This document shows positions 1 through 9,322 of a stretch of 64,000 nucleotides of DNA, one piece after another. The stretch is taken from positions 16,493 through 80,492 of the forward strand of contig QBVY01000004.1 in NCBI GenBank assembly GCA_003283765.1, written 5' to 3'. Position 1 is the first letter of the stretch; every line of letters begins with the position of its first letter. This DNA is from SAR86 cluster bacterium AG-313-N18 (GTDB taxonomy: Bacteria > Pseudomonadota > Gammaproteobacteria > Magnimaribacterales > D2472). The position numbers were made by a program, and so were the translations under genes. The notes beneath the pieces were generated by a model. It saw only the letters and a program-made list of their open reading frames with translations. It did not search any database and was not told where the DNA came from.

Positions 1-1
1 G

Positions 2-199
2 AATTTAGTTGGCGGCGAACTTAAAAGTTATTCAATATTATTGATGCAAGCAAGAAAGCAGGCCATGGAAAGGATGGTATCCAATGCTGAAGAAATGGGC
101 GCAGATGCAGTTGTCAATTTTCGATATGAGACTTCAACCATAGCAGCGGCTGCTTCAGAGGTTATTGCATATGGAACGGCTGTAAAGTTTGAAGATTGA
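2..199 (+). CDS. YbjQ/UPF0145 family protein, C-terminal fragment (5' end outside window)
   Basis: Frame 2 is open from the window edge: NLVGGELKSYSILLMQARKQAMERMVSNAEEMGADAVVNFRYETSTIAAAASEVIAYGTAVKFED, stop TGA at 197..199. This resembles the conserved C-terminal half of YbjQ-like proteins. It is absent from the ORF track because it has no in-window start. Confidence 0.6.
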   Translation, partial: NLVGGELKSYSILLMQARKQAMERMVSNAEEMGADAVVNFRYETSTIAAAASEVIAYGTAVKFED

Positions 200-818
200 T
201 TCAATCAAAGTTTTTGGTGAGCGACATAGTGGCACCAATGCCATAGGTTATTTTGCAGGTAAAAATTTCAATTTGAAATTTCAGCATTATGATTTCTTGG
301 GTTGGAAGCACAGACTTGCTCCAAAAAAAGATGAGTGGTCAAAATTTGAAGTTCAGAACTGCCTATTTATTTTCTGTATGCGCAATCCTTATTCATGGAT
401 TCAAGCCATGTACAGAGAACCATATTATGATCATTATCCACCAATCAAAGATTTGTCTTTAGAGGGCTTTGTTCAGTTTTCTATTGAAGATTATGAGAAT
501 TGCATCGCTATGTGGAATCAAAAGAATGATTCTTACTTTAGGATGTCAGAAGAAGTGCCCAACTCAATTATTATTAATGTTGAAGACTTTCACGCAGACC
601 AAAAAAAATTTCACGCACGCATGGCAGATGTATTAAACAGACAAGATTTACCCGTGGTTAAAATGAATGATTATGTAAATGGCAGAGGAAGACATGAACA
701 AAAGGATATTGCTTCCTCATTGCAGGTCCCTTTATTAGAGAAGAGCCTGATTAAAATGATCAACTCTTTTTTATCAATAGAAACCATGAAAAAATGTAAT
801 TACAAACTACTTACTTAA
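189..818 (+). CDS. Hypothetical protein, sulfotransferase-like (P-loop-type)
   Basis: 209-aa ORF with a TTG start that overlaps the end of the upstream gene. FGERHSGTN (aa 9-17) resembles a sulfotransferase 5'-PSB loop. RNPYSW (aa 65-70) resembles the 3'-PB RxPxD/S motif. The family call is tentative. Confidence 0.4.
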   Translation: MKIDSIKVFGERHSGTNAIGYFAGKNFNLKFQHYDFLGWKHRLAPKKDEWSKFEVQNCLFIFCMRNPYSWIQAMYREPYYDHYPPIKDLSLEGFVQFSIEDYENCIAMWNQKNDSYFRMSEEVPNSIIINVEDFHADQKKFHARMADVLNRQDLPVVKMNDYVNGRGRHEQKDIASSLQVPLLEKSLIKMINSFLSIETMKKCNYKLLT

Positions 819-830
819 ACTGAGATAGAA

Positions 831-1055
831 ATGAATAAAACTGAAAAAACTGCCTTTAGAGAAAGTGTCATTGTCGTGATGATGGGAATGATTATTAATT
901 TTCCCCTGCAAACTTTTTTGCTCTGGCTCACCATTGATAGTTGGAGTTGGACGAATACGCTATTAATTTCTCTCTTTACTCAGACCGTTCTTACCCTTGT
1001 AGCTTTGATAAGGGTTTATTCAATAAGAATGAGGTTTACGAGGGGTAAGTTCTAA
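831..1055 (+). CDS. Small membrane protein with two predicted TM helices, unknown function
   Basis: 74-aa ORF starting 12 nt after the upstream gene. It has two hydrophobic stretches (VIVVMMGMIINFPLQTFLLWL and LLISLFTQTVLTLVALI) and a basic C-terminus. No family recognised. Confidence 0.35.
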   Translation: MNKTEKTAFRESVIVVMMGMIINFPLQTFLLWLTIDSWSWTNTLLISLFTQTVLTLVALIRVYSIRMRFTRGKF

Positions 1056-2476
1056 GAGTTTCTTATATCTAATTGCTCTTTAATTTTAGCGTGTGATTCT
1101 TTCGTAATTTTATATCTAGCATAAAAGAATACAGCAATTAGTCCCCAAATCATTGCAAACGGGCCGTCAACTAATCCCAAATTAAAGATTGTATCTTCAG
1201 GTATTTCTCCAGGCACTGCATTCTCCGGAAAGGCGATAAAATCAAGCGCGACTCCAGCTATAACATGACCAATGCCATTTGATGTTTTGCTAAAGAAAGC
1301 TCGAGCCGCATAAAAAACACCCTCTTGTCGAATGCCAGTATTGAGTTCGTGTTCGTCTGCTATATCTGCCAATGCTGACATAACACTAATGTGCAAGATA
1401 GAGCCACATGCTGATGCAACAGATCCCAAGCATATAATCATCATAACTAATTCCCATGAGCCTCGTTCTGGAGCAAAGCCTAACAGAGCAATATTAGCCG
1501 ATGCCGACCAAAAAATAGTCAGGCCAAGAACCGTGGCCACAATGACAATAGGTTTATCAAATCTTTGATGGAGTTTTGCTGTCAGGATGAATCCAAAAGC
1601 ATACCCAATAATATTGTTTATGATGAGCCAACCAATTTGCATAGGAGACAATTCCCAAAAAAATGTTCCCATGTAAATACCCAATGTTTCATGAGTACCA
1701 ATTAGCATAGAGAGGAAAAACATGCCAACAAGCAATCGAGCATAGTTTCTATTAGTAATAGCGCCATATATATCTTTAAATAAATCTGTTATTTTGATGT
1801 GAGATTCATCTGTCGAGGGTTGTTTTAAATAGGGAATTCTATCTTTAGTAAAATAAGCTGATGAAAGAATGCACAGTGAAATCAATACCATGCTAAAAAT
1901 TGCTATGGGCGTATAGGATTCTTGATAGAGTTGCCCAATTTTCTCACCTGCAAAGTAAGGGAAGATTAAAAACCATACAAATATATGCATGATAATCACG
2001 CCCATATATCCAAAAAGATTGTTGTAGCTCATGATTCGACTGCGCTCAAAATAATCGTCAGATAGCTCGGCTCCTAATGCTAAATGAGGCACTGCAAACA
2101 AAGTAATGCTTAGCCTCAGCAAGATAGTTGAAAAAATCAGCCAGCCAAAGAGACCATATTCAGACATCCCATCTGGTGGAAAGAACATTAGATAGATTGC
2201 TATGACTGTAGGGAAGGGTGCAGCAAACATGAAGGGATGCCTGCGTCCAAGTTTAGATATAAATCGATCTGAAATGGACCCCATAATAGGATCGGAAACA
2301 GCATCAAAAATAATCGCGATTAAAACCGCCAACCCTGTCAGCGAACCAGATAGACCAAGGACTTGATTGTAAAAAAAGAAGGTGAGACCAGCAAAAATCC
2401 AATTTGTTGCACCCTCACCAGTGGCTCCTACACCAAAAGCTAATTTTGTTTTAATTGTTAGTTTGTCTGGGCTCAA
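1052..2476 (-). CDS. MFS transporter, glycoside-pentoside-hexuronide (GPH):cation symporter family
   Basis: 474 aa with many TM segments. The N-terminal signature FDAVSDPIMGSISDRFISKLGRRHPF matches the GPH/MelB-type D-x-x-G-x-x-x-D-R-x-x-x-GRRxP motif. Confidence 0.8.
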   Translation of the reverse strand: MSPDKLTIKTKLAFGVGATGEGATNWIFAGLTFFFYNQVLGLSGSLTGLAVLIAIIFDAVSDPIMGSISDRFISKLGRRHPFMFAAPFPTVIAIYLMFFPPDGMSEYGLFGWLIFSTILLRLSITLFAVPHLALGAELSDDYFERSRIMSYNNLFGYMGVIIMHIFVWFLIFPYFAGEKIGQLYQESYTPIAIFSMVLISLCILSSAYFTKDRIPYLKQPSTDESHIKITDLFKDIYGAITNRNYARLLVGMFFLSMLIGTHETLGIYMGTFFWELSPMQIGWLIINNIIGYAFGFILTAKLHQRFDKPIVIVATVLGLTIFWSASANIALLGFAPERGSWELVMMIICLGSVASACGSILHISVMSALADIADEHELNTGIRQEGVFYAARAFFSKTSNGIGHVIAGVALDFIAFPENAVPGEIPEDTIFNLGLVDGPFAMIWGLIAVFFYARYKITKESHAKIKEQLDIRNS

Positions 2477-2531
2477 GTTGATCCTTTTTATTCATTCTAG
2501 CCTTGAAAGCTCTATTGGGTAAAATAACCTC

Positions 2532-3320
2532 ATGGAATTAAAAATGTATCAAGTTGATGCTTTTACCGATAAATTATTTTCAGGTAATCCTGCTGCAGTT
2601 GTTATCCTTGAGTTGCCACTTACAGATGATGTCATGCAATCAATAGCCGCGGAAAACAATTTATCCGAAACAGCTTTTGTTAACATCCACGAAAATCCAG
2701 TTTCGATAAGATGGTTTACTCCATCAATTGAAGTAGATCTATGCGGTCATGCAACTTTGGCCAGCGCTCGCGTACTGTTTGAATACTACCCTGATCTTGC
2801 TGGAGAAGAAATTAATTTGGATTCTAAAAGTGGAAACCTAAAAATTACAAAGTTTGATCGAGGTCTATGCTTGAACTTTCCTGCTGATTATCCAGCCGAA
2901 GTAGAATCAGAGTCGTTATTTTCTAAAATATTGGGCATTAAGCCACTTAAGCTACTTAGAGGTAAAGATGACTATTTGGCAATCTTCAAAAGTCAGAAGC
3001 AAATTGAAGAAATGCAGCCTAAGTTTTCTCTTCTTAAAAAAGTTGATGCTAGAGGCCTTGTGATTTCGGCTCCAGGAGATGAAGTGGATTTTGTTTCTAG
3101 ATGTTTTTATCCCGAAGCAGGGATTGAAGAGGATCCTGTAACAGGGTCAGCACACTCTATGTTAACTCCTTATTGGGCCACTCAATTCAACAAAAACGAA
3201 CTTTACGCGCATCAACTCTCTAAACGAGGCGGCAAACTAAATTGTAGATTAGCTAATGAAAGAGTCTTGATTTCGGGCAACAGCGTAATTTATTTTGAAG
3301 GGACCATTTCAATCGTTTAA
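2532..3320 (+). CDS. PhzF family phenazine-biosynthesis-like isomerase
   Basis: 262 aa. MYQVDAFTDKLFSGNPAAVV is the typical PhzF N-terminus. Also has ETAF, DLCGHATLA and DPVTGSAH motifs. The start could be ATG 2544 instead. Confidence 0.85.
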   Translation: MELKMYQVDAFTDKLFSGNPAAVVILELPLTDDVMQSIAAENNLSETAFVNIHENPVSIRWFTPSIEVDLCGHATLASARVLFEYYPDLAGEEINLDSKSGNLKITKFDRGLCLNFPADYPAEVESESLFSKILGIKPLKLLRGKDDYLAIFKSQKQIEEMQPKFSLLKKVDARGLVISAPGDEVDFVSRCFYPEAGIEEDPVTGSAHSMLTPYWATQFNKNELYAHQLSKRGGKLNCRLANERVLISGNSVIYFEGTISIV

Positions 3321-3351
3321 ACTCTAACTTTAATAATTTCGGAGAGAATTT

Positions 3352-3723
3352 ATGACAACTTATATTATTGCTGCTTTATTGCTTGCTTTACTTCAAACCT
3401 GGCTCATACCAGCATCTTTCAACATGAAAAATTTTCCTTGGCTGGGTTCTAATAGAGATGAGCCTATGCCTCATGAATTAACTATCATGGCCGGGAGAGC
3501 CATGAGAGCAAATACAAATTTACAAGAAACTTTGCCAATATTTTTAGCATTGGCTCTTTTATCAATGCAGCTGTCTGTTGATGTTACAGGGCTGGCATGT
3601 TGGTGGCTCGCATTTAGAGTGGGACATGTTGTTACATACATTGCTGGCTTTGCAAGGGTAAGAACATTGCTTTGGCTTGGCTCAATTGTGTGCTTAGTGA
3701 TGATGGCACTGGCATTAATTTAG
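3352..3723 (+). CDS. MAPEG family membrane protein (glutathione-transferase-like)
   Basis: 123 aa with about 3-4 TM segments. The central RAMRANTNLQETLPIFLALALL resembles the MAPEG RxxxNxxE signature. Confidence 0.6.
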   Translation: MTTYIIAALLLALLQTWLIPASFNMKNFPWLGSNRDEPMPHELTIMAGRAMRANTNLQETLPIFLALALLSMQLSVDVTGLACWWLAFRVGHVVTYIAGFARVRTLLWLGSIVCLVMMALALI

Positions 3724-3740
3724 AACAGTTTAAATTTACT

Positions 3741-3770
3741 AAAAGGGGGGCTAAAGCCCCCCTTTTTTTT
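3741..3770. terminator. Bidirectional rho-independent terminator between convergent genes
   Basis: AAAA-GGGGGGC-TAAA-GCCCCCC-TTTTTTTT: a 7-bp GC stem with a 4-nt loop, flanked by an A-run and a T8-run, so it can work on either strand. Confidence 0.85.
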
Positions 3771-3780
3771 GAGTATCATT

Positions 3781-4893
3781 TTAACCATTTGGATTGATTA
3801 AGAACTTTTCTCCAGTGGCTTGTTTTGCGTATACCATTAAGGATTCAAGAGTTAAGGCCTCTGCTAGGGATACTTCCTGAGTATAATTACTTGCAAAAGT
3901 TGTTTTAATCTCATTGGCAACTCGAGTTTGAAGTTCACCCACTTTTTCAAAGCCAACCTTCCCTAAAAATGGTGTTAATAAAAATCCGCCAATCCCCCAA
4001 TACATTCCAAAGGACCTATTATTTGGAAGAGTAATCCCCGACTGATTCAGAGCTCCATAGATATAAACCTGCTTATGTTCTGTAGACCCATACGGGCTAT
4101 ATTCAGTTGCATTTTTTCTTGCTGCAACTTCCATACAAGTAAGAATTTTTCCAGCCAATTCTCCACCGCCAGTTGCATCAAAAGCAAGAGTAGCTTTTGT
4201 TTCAGTGATTGCTGATGTCAATTGTTCCATAAAGTCATCATCAGATGAGTTACAAACAAACTCTGCGCCAAGAGATTTCAACAAATCAACATGTTCTTGC
4301 TTGCGAACAATATTTACGAGCTGAGCTCCATCATCTACGCATATTTTTACAAGCATTTGACCCAAATTAGAGGCCGCAGCTGTGTGGACAAGAGCTGTGT
4401 GTCCTTCCATTTTCATTGTTTCAACCATGCCAAGAGCAGTGAGAGGATTTACAAAGCTTGATGCACAATCTCGAGGTTCGGTTCCTTCATTCATGACCAT
4501 ACAACTAGCTGCAGGTAGACATCTATATTGAGAATACATTCCACCCCCAACAACGCTTACGACTTTGCCTAGTAATTCTTGTGCATTTGCTCCAGCTTCG
4601 ATAACAACTCCAGAGCCTTCATTACCCACTGGCATCGGTTTGTTAAGCCTTGGTTTCATAGCGCCCATAATTGCTTCAGGAACATCCATTATGATTTTTG
4701 AGTCTTCAGCCTTGAGTGTATTGATATCACCCGGCCCAATCAATAAACCCAAATCAGAGGGGTTAATGGGCGTCGCCTCTACTTGAATTAGCACCTCATT
4801 ATCACCCGGAACAGGGCGCTCAGACTCAGTAATACCTATTTCTAGTTTTCCAGCATCAGTTACAGTAGAAGTAATTTGTTTATTTGTACTCAT
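3781..4893 (-). CDS. Medium-chain dehydrogenase/reductase (NADPH:quinone oxidoreductase / enoyl reductase-like)
   Basis: MDR-type N-terminus (PGDNEVLIQVEATPINPSD) and a Rossmann region (ALVHTAAASNLGQM). I prefer ATG 4893, preceded by GAGGGGA, over the track's TTG at 4917. Confidence 0.8.
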   Translation of the reverse strand: MSTNKQITSTVTDAGKLEIGITESERPVPGDNEVLIQVEATPINPSDLGLLIGPGDINTLKAEDSKIIMDVPEAIMGAMKPRLNKPMPVGNEGSGVVIEAGANAQELLGKVVSVVGGGMYSQYRCLPAASCMVMNEGTEPRDCASSFVNPLTALGMVETMKMEGHTALVHTAAASNLGQMLVKICVDDGAQLVNIVRKQEHVDLLKSLGAEFVCNSSDDDFMEQLTSAITETKATLAFDATGGGELAGKILTCMEVAARKNATEYSPYGSTEHKQVYIYGALNQSGITLPNNRSFGMYWGIGGFLLTPFLGKVGFEKVGELQTRVANEIKTTFASNYTQEVSLAEALTLESLMVYAKQATGEKFLINPNG

Positions 4894-4979
4894 TTTTATC
4901 CCCTCAAGTGATTTCAATAGTAATATCTATAAAGCACTATACAACTTAGAGCAGGCTCTAAGTCAAGGAAAATCATTAA

Positions 4980-6170
4980 ATGAGCGATTATAGAAATCAT
5001 ATTGGAATTTTAGGGGGAGGGATATCAGGTCTCACACTTGGATGCGCTCTTTTGAAACAGGGTATTCCAGCAATAATTTTTGAAAAGATGCCAGAAGAAA
5101 CTTCTCACGGTGCAGCTATTAGCCTTTCTTCGAACGCATTACGTTTGTTAGATAGACTAGATATTTATGTTGACCTAAAGGACCAATCTTTCATTCATTC
5201 TGCGGCTTCAATTCAAGGGCCGCACAGGGAGATATCCTCATTCCAAACACCAGAGGTCTTAACAACACGTCGACAAACATTAATGTCGCTGCTGTATTCA
5301 AGATACATAAATCTAGGCGGAGAGATTTTTCACCACCATGATCTTGAGAGTTTTGATGCGGTAAAATGCGAAGCCACATTTACTAATAAAAATAAATTTA
5401 CACTAAAGCACCTATCAGCATGCGATGGCATAAGATCATCAATTCGAGATACCTTTTTTGCTGCTAATCAAAATCCTAAATATAGTGGCTATAGCGCCTG
5501 GAGGGGCATAGGCAAATCCAATCTTCAAAAAATTCATTTTGCACTTGGTCCTGACAGTCATATCGTTAGTTATCCAGTTAATAAAGAAGGAGATGTTAGT
5601 TTTGTTGCGGTAAGAAAAGAAAATTATGAATTCAGAGAATCATGGAAAGAAGAGGGCTCCACTTCAGATTTATTGGATGATTTTTCTGCTTATGACTCAA
5701 AAATATTTCCAGCGCTTGAAGATTCCGGAACACTTTATAAATGGGGAATCTATATCCGACCTCCATTAAAATCTATGATTTCAAAAAATATCACTTTGCT
5801 TGGTGATGCTGCTCATCCCATGGTTCCATTCTTAGGACAAGGCGCCTGTATGGCGATTGAAGATTCGTATTCATTTGCTATGGCTTGCAAGGAGCATATG
5901 ACTAACTTAGCAAATGCTCAAGAAGCTTATGATTATGTTCGCAGCAAGCGCACCAAAAAAATACAAAGACTCTCAATGATGCAAGGCAAAATTTATCATA
6001 TGAAAAATCCATTATTAGTAGCAGCTAGAAATGCTGCGATGAAATATACAAATATCCCAGGAAATGATTTAAAGAGAATTCATGATTATGACGCTCATGA
6101 TGAAATGCAGATTTATTTAGCTTTTGGTGATTTGGGGCGCGTTGGTTCTTTTGGTTCTGGAGGGGGCTAA
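4980..6170 (+). CDS. FAD-dependent aromatic-ring monooxygenase (salicylate hydroxylase/UbiH-like)
   Basis: 396 aa. IGILGGGISGLTLGCALLKQGIPAIIFEK is a GxGxxG FAD fold. CDGIRSSIR and LLGDAAHPMVPFLGQGACMAIEDS are the flavoprotein-hydroxylase fingerprints. Confidence 0.8.
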   Translation: MSDYRNHIGILGGGISGLTLGCALLKQGIPAIIFEKMPEETSHGAAISLSSNALRLLDRLDIYVDLKDQSFIHSAASIQGPHREISSFQTPEVLTTRRQTLMSLLYSRYINLGGEIFHHHDLESFDAVKCEATFTNKNKFTLKHLSACDGIRSSIRDTFFAANQNPKYSGYSAWRGIGKSNLQKIHFALGPDSHIVSYPVNKEGDVSFVAVRKENYEFRESWKEEGSTSDLLDDFSAYDSKIFPALEDSGTLYKWGIYIRPPLKSMISKNITLLGDAAHPMVPFLGQGACMAIEDSYSFAMACKEHMTNLANAQEAYDYVRSKRTKKIQRLSMMQGKIYHMKNPLLVAARNAAMKYTNIPGNDLKRIHDYDAHDEMQIYLAFGDLGRVGSFGSGGG

Positions 6171-6176
6171 GGGCTA

Positions 6177-7400
6177 TTAAGTAAATTGGCTATATTTAAT
6201 AGCAGAGTTTTTATCAATGGTTTGATTTAAATCTGGCATGGGATATTTCAAGCCAGAAGCGCAATTAAAGAGCACAACTTTTTCGTCTTCATGAATTATT
6301 TTTTTTTCAAGAGCTATTTGATATCCAGCTGCAGTTGCAGCACCTTCAGGGCAGAGCAACAATCCATCCTTTTTAGAGATCATATCTCTAGTATTAATAA
6401 TATGCTCATCTTCCACAGCCAGAGCGCAACCATTTGATTGGCGAATAGCATCAAGAATTAAAAAATCACCAATGGCAGCTGGCACCCTGATACCTGACGC
6501 AACGGTTTTTGCGTTGTCCCACAAAGGAGCATGATCCAGACTATTATCAAAAGCATTAACAATTGGTGCACATCCTGAAGATTGAATAGCAATCATTTTA
6601 GGTAGTTTGCCTGTAAGCCATCCAAGCTCTTTTAGCTCTGCAAATGCTTTCCACATTCCGATGAGTCCTGTGCCCCCACCTGTCGGGTAAAAGATTGCGT
6701 CTGGTAAAGTCCAATCCATTTGTTCTGCAAGCTCAAAGCCCATAGTTTTTTTGCCTTCAATTCTATATGGTTCCTTAAGTGTAGAGACGTCAAACCATCC
6801 TGCTTTCTCTCTTCCTTCAAGAACTATTTTTCCACAATCATTGATTAATCCATTGACAAGATATGTATCGGCTCCTTGGAGCTGAATTTCTTGAACATTT
6901 ACTTTGGGTGTATCGTCAGGACAAAAAACTGTTGCTTTGATATTTGCCTGTCTTGCATAAGCTGCCAATGCAGCTCCAGCATTTCCATTGGTAGGTATTG
7001 CCAAATGTTTAAGCTCAAATTGATGTGCCATAGAAACAGCAAGGGCTAAACCTCTAGCTTTGAAAGACCCAGTTGGAAGTCTACTTTCATCTTTTACAAT
7101 AATATTTTCAGGTTTTCCGCCTAATAGTTTTGAGCTTTCTTTTAGGGGAATTAAAGGTGTTATAACCTCTCCCAGAGAGATTTTTGAAGCAGGATTTGAG
7201 ACAGGGAGTAATGCTTGATAGCGCCAAAAACCTGGTGCTGATCCCACGCACCAACTATCTTTGGAAAGCTCCTGTTTGATTCTATCAAGATCATATCTCA
7301 CCAATAATGGCATTCCATCTTCTGAAAGATTATGAATTTGATTTGCTGAATATACAGCCCCTGTCTTAGAGCACTCAAGATGCAGAACATATGACTGCAT
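6177..7400 (-). CDS. Threonine-synthase-family PLP-dependent enzyme
   Basis: 407 aa. PTGSFKARG is the PLP-lysine motif. Also has NGNAGAALAAYA and YPTGGGTGLIGMWKAF glycine-rich loops of the fold-type II Trp-synthase-beta/ThrC family. Whether this is the housekeeping thrC is unclear. Confidence 0.7.
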   Translation of the reverse strand: MQSYVLHLECSKTGAVYSANQIHNLSEDGMPLLVRYDLDRIKQELSKDSWCVGSAPGFWRYQALLPVSNPASKISLGEVITPLIPLKESSKLLGGKPENIIVKDESRLPTGSFKARGLALAVSMAHQFELKHLAIPTNGNAGAALAAYARQANIKATVFCPDDTPKVNVQEIQLQGADTYLVNGLINDCGKIVLEGREKAGWFDVSTLKEPYRIEGKKTMGFELAEQMDWTLPDAIFYPTGGGTGLIGMWKAFAELKELGWLTGKLPKMIAIQSSGCAPIVNAFDNSLDHAPLWDNAKTVASGIRVPAAIGDFLILDAIRQSNGCALAVEDEHIINTRDMISKKDGLLLCPEGAATAAGYQIALEKKIIHEDEKVVLFNCASGLKYPMPDLNQTIDKNSAIKYSQFT

Positions 7401-8360
7401 TTAACTATCCACGCCACCAAATTGGTTGGTAGCCAAAATTAGTTCGTGGATAATTTCTTTTTCAAAAGCTGAGTGACCAGAAAAGGGCGCAATAACCAAT
7501 GAAGCCTCTGGCCATAGCTCTGAAAGTTCATAGGCTGTACCAGCCGGACAAACAATGTCATATCTACCTTGCACAATAACAGCTGGAATCGATCTAATTT
7601 TTTCTACACCATCCAATAATTGGTTTTCATCATTTAAAAAACCTGCATTCATAAAGTAATGATTTTCAATGAGCGCAAAAGCCAAGGCAAATTCTGGATT
7701 TGAAAATTCTTCAACTCTCTCAGGAGAATAATTTATGCTGCTGCAAGCAGCTTCCCATTTAGACCAAGCAATAGCAGCATTTAAGCTTTTTGATTGATCT
7801 GACCCTTCGAAAATTTCGTGATAGGCCTGCATTAAATTATCTCTATTTGATTCATCGATTTGGTTAATAAAATTTTTCCATGCCTCGGGAAAAATTCGAC
7901 TAGCTCCATCTTGGTAGAACCAATCAAGTTCTTTTTTCCTCAGCATAAAAATTCCACGTAGGACCATCTCACTAACTGAATTTGGATGAGTTTGAGCATA
8001 AGCTAGTGCTAAAGTGCTTCCCCAAGAACCTCCAAAAACTAGCCATTTATTTATACCTAATTTTTGTTTCAAGGATTCAATATCCTCTACTAGATCCCAA
8101 GTTGTATTATTTGTTAAACAGGCGTGAGGCTTGCTTCTGCCACATCCTCTTTGATCAAACACAATGATTCTGTAGGCTTCCGGATTAAAAAATCTTCTTA
8201 CGGCTTCACTCCCACCTCCACCAGGCCCACCATGTAAAAAGACAGCAGGCTTTCCATTTGGGTTACCACATTGTTCATAATAAATTTCATGCTCATCCGC
8301 AATCATGAACCCAGTATCATAGGGCTTAATTGCTGGATAAAGGTTTAAATGTTCTGTCAT
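7401..8360 (-). CDS. pip: Proline iminopeptidase (prolyl aminopeptidase)
   Basis: 319 aa. HGGPGGG oxyanion motif, DQRGCGRS, and GGSWGSTLALAYAQTHP nucleophile elbow are all typical of the S33 Pip family. Confidence 0.9.
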   Translation of the reverse strand: MTEHLNLYPAIKPYDTGFMIADEHEIYYEQCGNPNGKPAVFLHGGPGGGGSEAVRRFFNPEAYRIIVFDQRGCGRSKPHACLTNNTTWDLVEDIESLKQKLGINKWLVFGGSWGSTLALAYAQTHPNSVSEMVLRGIFMLRKKELDWFYQDGASRIFPEAWKNFINQIDESNRDNLMQAYHEIFEGSDQSKSLNAAIAWSKWEAACSSINYSPERVEEFSNPEFALAFALIENHYFMNAGFLNDENQLLDGVEKIRSIPAVIVQGRYDIVCPAGTAYELSELWPEASLVIAPFSGHSAFEKEIIHELILATNQFGGVDS

Positions 8361-8390
8361 AGAGAAATGTCTTTATTCAATAAAATGCTG

Positions 8391-9278
8391 TTAATTTTTT
8401 TTAGTAGAGCTTTTAACCAGCTCCTCAGATGAAGCAATTTTAAACGGATCAACATCTTCCCCGAAGAGTTTTTTGGGTGATACAGATTCAAATTTTCCCT
8501 CAGTATCTGTTGGGTCGGTAAAGAATCCTAAAACGTAGCCGCCTTGGGAGTAACCCATCAGATCGCGAAGTTCAGGCTCTAGCTCTTTCGCTATTGAAGG
8601 AGGGCAGGAGAGGTATTGATTTTCTTCTTGCCTTAACCAATTTGGAGCATAGTGCAAAAAAACACCGAGTCTATTTTCTAATGTTTGATTGGCTCCACCG
8701 CCATGCATTACAGATCCAGTATAGATAAATACTGAGCCCGCACTCATTTCAGCATTTTCAATTTCTTCGTCTAGAGGCATTCTCTCTTTATCCCATTTGT
8801 GTGAACCCGGCACAACTTGGGTGGCACCATTTTCTTTGGTGAAATCTGTGATAGCCCACACAGTACTAAATTGAGTTTCTATTTTTCTTGGAACATATCC
8901 TCCCCATACTCCTCGATCTCTATGAAGGATTTGAGGTGTTTCATTTGGTCCGATAGAAATTGCAGATGTGAAATGTAGTTGGTATCCATCACAGTGAGGC
9001 TCTAAAAATTTTGCTGATAAAGCATTGATTGTTGGGTCAAGAGCTAACTCACGACACTTGGGTGATCTTGCCATGAGAGCCCCAACTCTTTTGGTTTGAA
9101 ATCCTGTAAATTCATTATCCCCTTCAATATCATTTTGAAGGTAGGGCTTCAGCTCATTTTTAATATCATCGAGATCTTTTGATGATAAGACGTTATCAAT
9201 AACAACTGCCGCATCTCGCTCAATGATTTCTAGAATCTTATTTATGTCCGTATCTGGACTTACATGTTCAATTCCCAT
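8391..9278 (-). CDS. Phytanoyl-CoA dioxygenase (PhyH) family Fe(II)/2-oxoglutarate oxygenase
   Basis: 295 aa. LHRDRGVW gives an HxD, and VMHGGGAN gives a distal His. Overall PhyH-like layout. Confidence 0.7.
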   Translation of the reverse strand: MGIEHVSPDTDINKILEIIERDAAVVIDNVLSSKDLDDIKNELKPYLQNDIEGDNEFTGFQTKRVGALMARSPKCRELALDPTINALSAKFLEPHCDGYQLHFTSAISIGPNETPQILHRDRGVWGGYVPRKIETQFSTVWAITDFTKENGATQVVPGSHKWDKERMPLDEEIENAEMSAGSVFIYTGSVMHGGGANQTLENRLGVFLHYAPNWLRQEENQYLSCPPSIAKELEPELRDLMGYSQGGYVLGFFTDPTDTEGKFESVSPKKLFGEDVDPFKIASSEELVKSSTKKN

Positions 9279-9322
9279 GTGTTTAGTTTAGGACAAATTT
9301 AAAAATCTGTGAAATTTTGAGT

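Noticed and set aside
831-1055. Resemblance of the 74-aa 2-TM ORF to a single BTP/PACE (AceI-like) transporter domain
   Set aside because: There is only a loose pattern similarity (charged N-terminus, a Pro-containing first helix, a basic C-terminus). The family's conserved residues cannot be placed confidently without a profile search.
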